Source of the DNA: Scyliorhinus canicula
Taxonomy: Eukaryota
Assembly (NCBI RefSeq): GCF_902713615.1
Contig: NC_052175.1
Span: forward strand, 9,651,271-9,715,270
Length of the DNA: 64,000 nt
Direction of reading: 5' to 3'
Shown here: piece by piece, positions 61,130 to 64,000 of the stretch
How the letters are laid out: the number at the start of each line of letters is the position of its first letter
Numbering within the stretch: position 1 is the first letter of the stretch
Program-made: the position numbers and the translations under genes
The notes under the pieces: model-generated
The model's input: the letters and a program-made list of their open reading frames with translations, nothing else
Databases searched by the model: none
Told to the model about the DNA's origin: nothing

Positions 61130-61790
61130 CACTGATAGGGGCAAAACAAGTGGATAAGATAGTTAAGAAGGCATACGGCATGCTTGCCTTCATTGACCGG
61201 AGCATTGAGTATAAAAATGGCAACTTACGTTGCAGCAGAAATGAACCTTAGTTGTGCCACACTTGGAGGATAGTGTTCAATTCTGGTCGCCACACTACCC
61301 GAAGGATGGAGGCTTTAGAGAGGGTGCAGAGAGATTTACCAGGATGTTGCCTGGTATGGAGGGCATTAGCTGTGAGGAGAGTTGAATGAACTCGGTTTGT
61401 TCTCACTGGAACGACGGAGGTTGAGGGGCGACCTGATAGCCGTGTACAAAACTATGAGGGGCATAGATAGAGTGGATAGTCAGACGCTTCTTGCCAGTCT
61501 GGAGGGTTCAATTACTAGGGGTCATAGGTTTGTGGTGCGAGTGGCAAGGTTTATAGGAGATATACCAGACACGAATTTTACGCAGAGGGGGGAGGATGTG
61601 GTGGAAGCAGGGACGATAGTGACTTTAAAGGGGCATCTTGACTAATACATGAATAGGATGGGAATAGAGTGATAAGTAGCCCAGAGGTGCAGAAGATTTT
61701 AGTTTAGACGTGCAGCATGGTCAGCATAGGCTTGGAGGGCCGAAGGGCCAATTCCTGTGCTGTACTTTACTTCGTTCTTTGTTCTTTGTT
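61130..61790 (+). mobile_element. CR1-clade LINE 3' fragment
   Basis: VKKAYGMLAFI, ELGLFSLERRRLRGDLI and the tail GGAGGGCCGAAGGGCC..TTCTTTGTTCTTTG. Confidence 0.85.
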
Positions 61791-63289
61791 CTTTTTCCAA
61801 CAGATGCTTTTCCATGGGCAAGGGGACATAGTTGCAAAAACAGACTTCTGGGGCTGACTGCGCGGGTATTTGGGTAGATCTATATTTGATGATTGTCTTG
61901 ATAGCAACCCACTTTTAGCTCCTGTGCCTGCTTTGGTTCTGAAACAACTTGGCATACCCTTACCATGGCACACAGGATCACCGAGTAATAGGCAGAGGTT
62001 CTTCTCCCTCCTGCATGCTCTTACACCCGGACCCCTGTGGCAAATCCCCCTGCTTTATTCATATAAAACTAAAGGGCTTGAAGAAATTAGGAAGCCCCAA
62101 GTCACGGGCGCTAATCATCGCTGTTTCAAGTTACAAAATGTTTGAGGTCACTCTGCCCCCCCTGTTTGCCATAACATTCTATCAGCCAATTTCGTCCGTC
62201 CATGCCAGTATTAATCTCATGTCATTCGTTGTTCCTTTGTCCTCTTTCATCAGTTCTCCTATAGGCTTTGCCTTAGCGGGATGTCTTACGGCCAATGTTA
62301 AATGGCGTTCTGAAATTAAACCCATCCTAAAAAGGTCCCTCTGACTATGGGTCAACTGTACTAACATTCCAAACCCCACAATACTGAAAAATAAAAAGGA
62401 GCGATATGCAATGAGGTCTGCTGTCCGAAGTGACTTTGCGTTTGTAAATTGTACGTGTGCTCATCCTCACGAGCATACCAACCCTGCAGTTGATCATCGC
62501 TCCTTCTGCAAAATACTTTAGATCATATATATAACAGTAGCAACAACAATAGCAGCAACAACAATAGCAACGACCGCAGAAATCATTTACAAATACTACT
62601 GGGGGCGCACACCGGTGTTTATCCTTTCACGAACTTTGAAGTCTCTTTTTTTCAATGTTAGTCTCTAAGGGACCTTTTTTCTTCCCATGCAGCTATCGTT
62701 AATTTATAAATTAAGATTATTCACCCTAGCATGAGTTACCGGACAGTAATTAAGGCTGCCGAGCAGCAGATCCCCTTTCAGCTGGGGTCCCGTTATGGCT
62801 CTCTCCCTTTCAGCTGAGACGAAGCCAATTTGTCGTAGAAATTACAATACAGACAAATTCCTGGAGGTTCGAGTTAAGGAAATGTACTTACACAAATATA
62901 TTTGCGGAGAGAGAATGTTCTGGCTTTTTTGCAAGTGCACGGCAATCTGAGATTCGATTGAAGGAATCATATCTTTATAGTCTGAAATAACAGCTTAAAG
63001 TAAAAAGCCATGTTTATATTACATTGCCATGGAAAGTATGTGCGATGAAATACGTAGTACGTATGTTCTTGCCCTTGGTTAAAACCAACTCGAGTATACA
63101 TTTTGTTATCTTTCGGAGGACAATGTGTTATCATAATAATGCCGAGTCGAATATAGTAAGCAGTACTTTGTTTATGTTACCTGACCTACTTACTTTCGTT
63201 CTAAAAGCTGTGTTAAACTATATAGTCAAGCATTTCCCAGCATGCATCTAAGTTGACAACTCATTAATTTCCCTTCTGCAGCATCATAG

Positions 63290-64000
63290 GCACATATGTT
63301 CACATACAGAGGCGCACAATAATGCACACGCAGATGATCATTCACAAACACATGCACACTCATTCTCTCTCTCACACAAACAGACTCACTATAAAACACA
63401 CACTACCATTCACTCACATTCACGGATACACATTAACACTCATTCTTGCAGATGCACATTCATGAAATCACAACTGACCCAAACACAAGAATAAACACAA
63501 TCGCACTCATCGACTCACACACAAACGCACAGTCAAAAGCACAGACGCATATACTAACACACACTGGAAAGCTGAATTATATTATATTGCGATGCACAAC
63601 TGCACTGCACTGGGATTCTGGAGTGCATGGTGCCCAGAGTGTATTGCACTGGATTTAGGAATGAATGTTACTGAGACATAGCAGTGCACTGTACTTGTGT
63701 GCATGATTGCGCTACAGTAGGATGCAACATTGTCCAGCTGTGAGCAGGGGATTTGCTGTACTGAGGTACTGGAGTATGCTATATTTTGATGCGGGACTGT
63801 AGTATTATGGGATGTTAGAGTGTGCGACTGGGATGCAGGACTTCACGATGTGAGGATGCAGGAGTGTGCTGTACTGCGGGGCAATGTTTCATGATGCTGG
63901 TTTGCAAGATTGCCCGGTACTAGTTTGCAGGTGTATACCATGGAGGGATGCAAGAATGTGCTGTACTGGGATGCATGAATGAGCTGTATTGGGTGGCAGT
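63290..64000. repeat. CA-rich tract followed by degenerate TGTACTGGGATGCAGGA-type repeats
   Basis: Directly visible low-complexity and short-period repeats. Confidence 0.6.

Noticed and set aside
62050-62380. LVQLTHSQ / GRVT / ARDLG fragments suggestive of another V exon on the minus strand
   Set aside because: No Cys-Trp-Cys framework in any consistent frame and no splice support; too weak to report.

Overview
Eukaryotic, intron-containing and repeat-dense DNA. It is almost certainly from a cartilaginous fish (shark), inferred from V-SINE/HE1-type tRNA SINEs, CR1/HER1-type LINEs and a GPR139/142-like GPCR. I could reconstruct two host genes by hand, both on the minus strand. (1) A two-exon class A orphan GPCR: exon 1 at 22438-22504, which the ORF track misses, and exon 2 at 14400-15301. 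(2) A complete five-exon, 281-aa, non-rearranging antigen-receptor-like gene (leader, V, C1, connecting peptide/TM with Cys and Arg, short tail) at 51444-53680. This second gene is the most interesting object in the window. It has an inverted decayed paralogue at about 55.9-56.75 kb and weaker V-like remnants nearby. Mobile DNA includes a full-length, near-intact L1-clade element (5337-12590) with an unusually long 93-bp target-site duplication, several CR1 LINEs, a Penelope GIY-YIG fragment, an LTR plus primer-binding site, many SINEs and simple repeats. A ~13 kb tandem duplication (about 19.99-32.75 kb and 33.25-46.02 kb) has its inner ends exactly at an N-gap and may be an assembly artefact. 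Most ORFs in the supplied track are TE fragments or low-complexity artefacts. All alignments were made by eye; no database searches were run.
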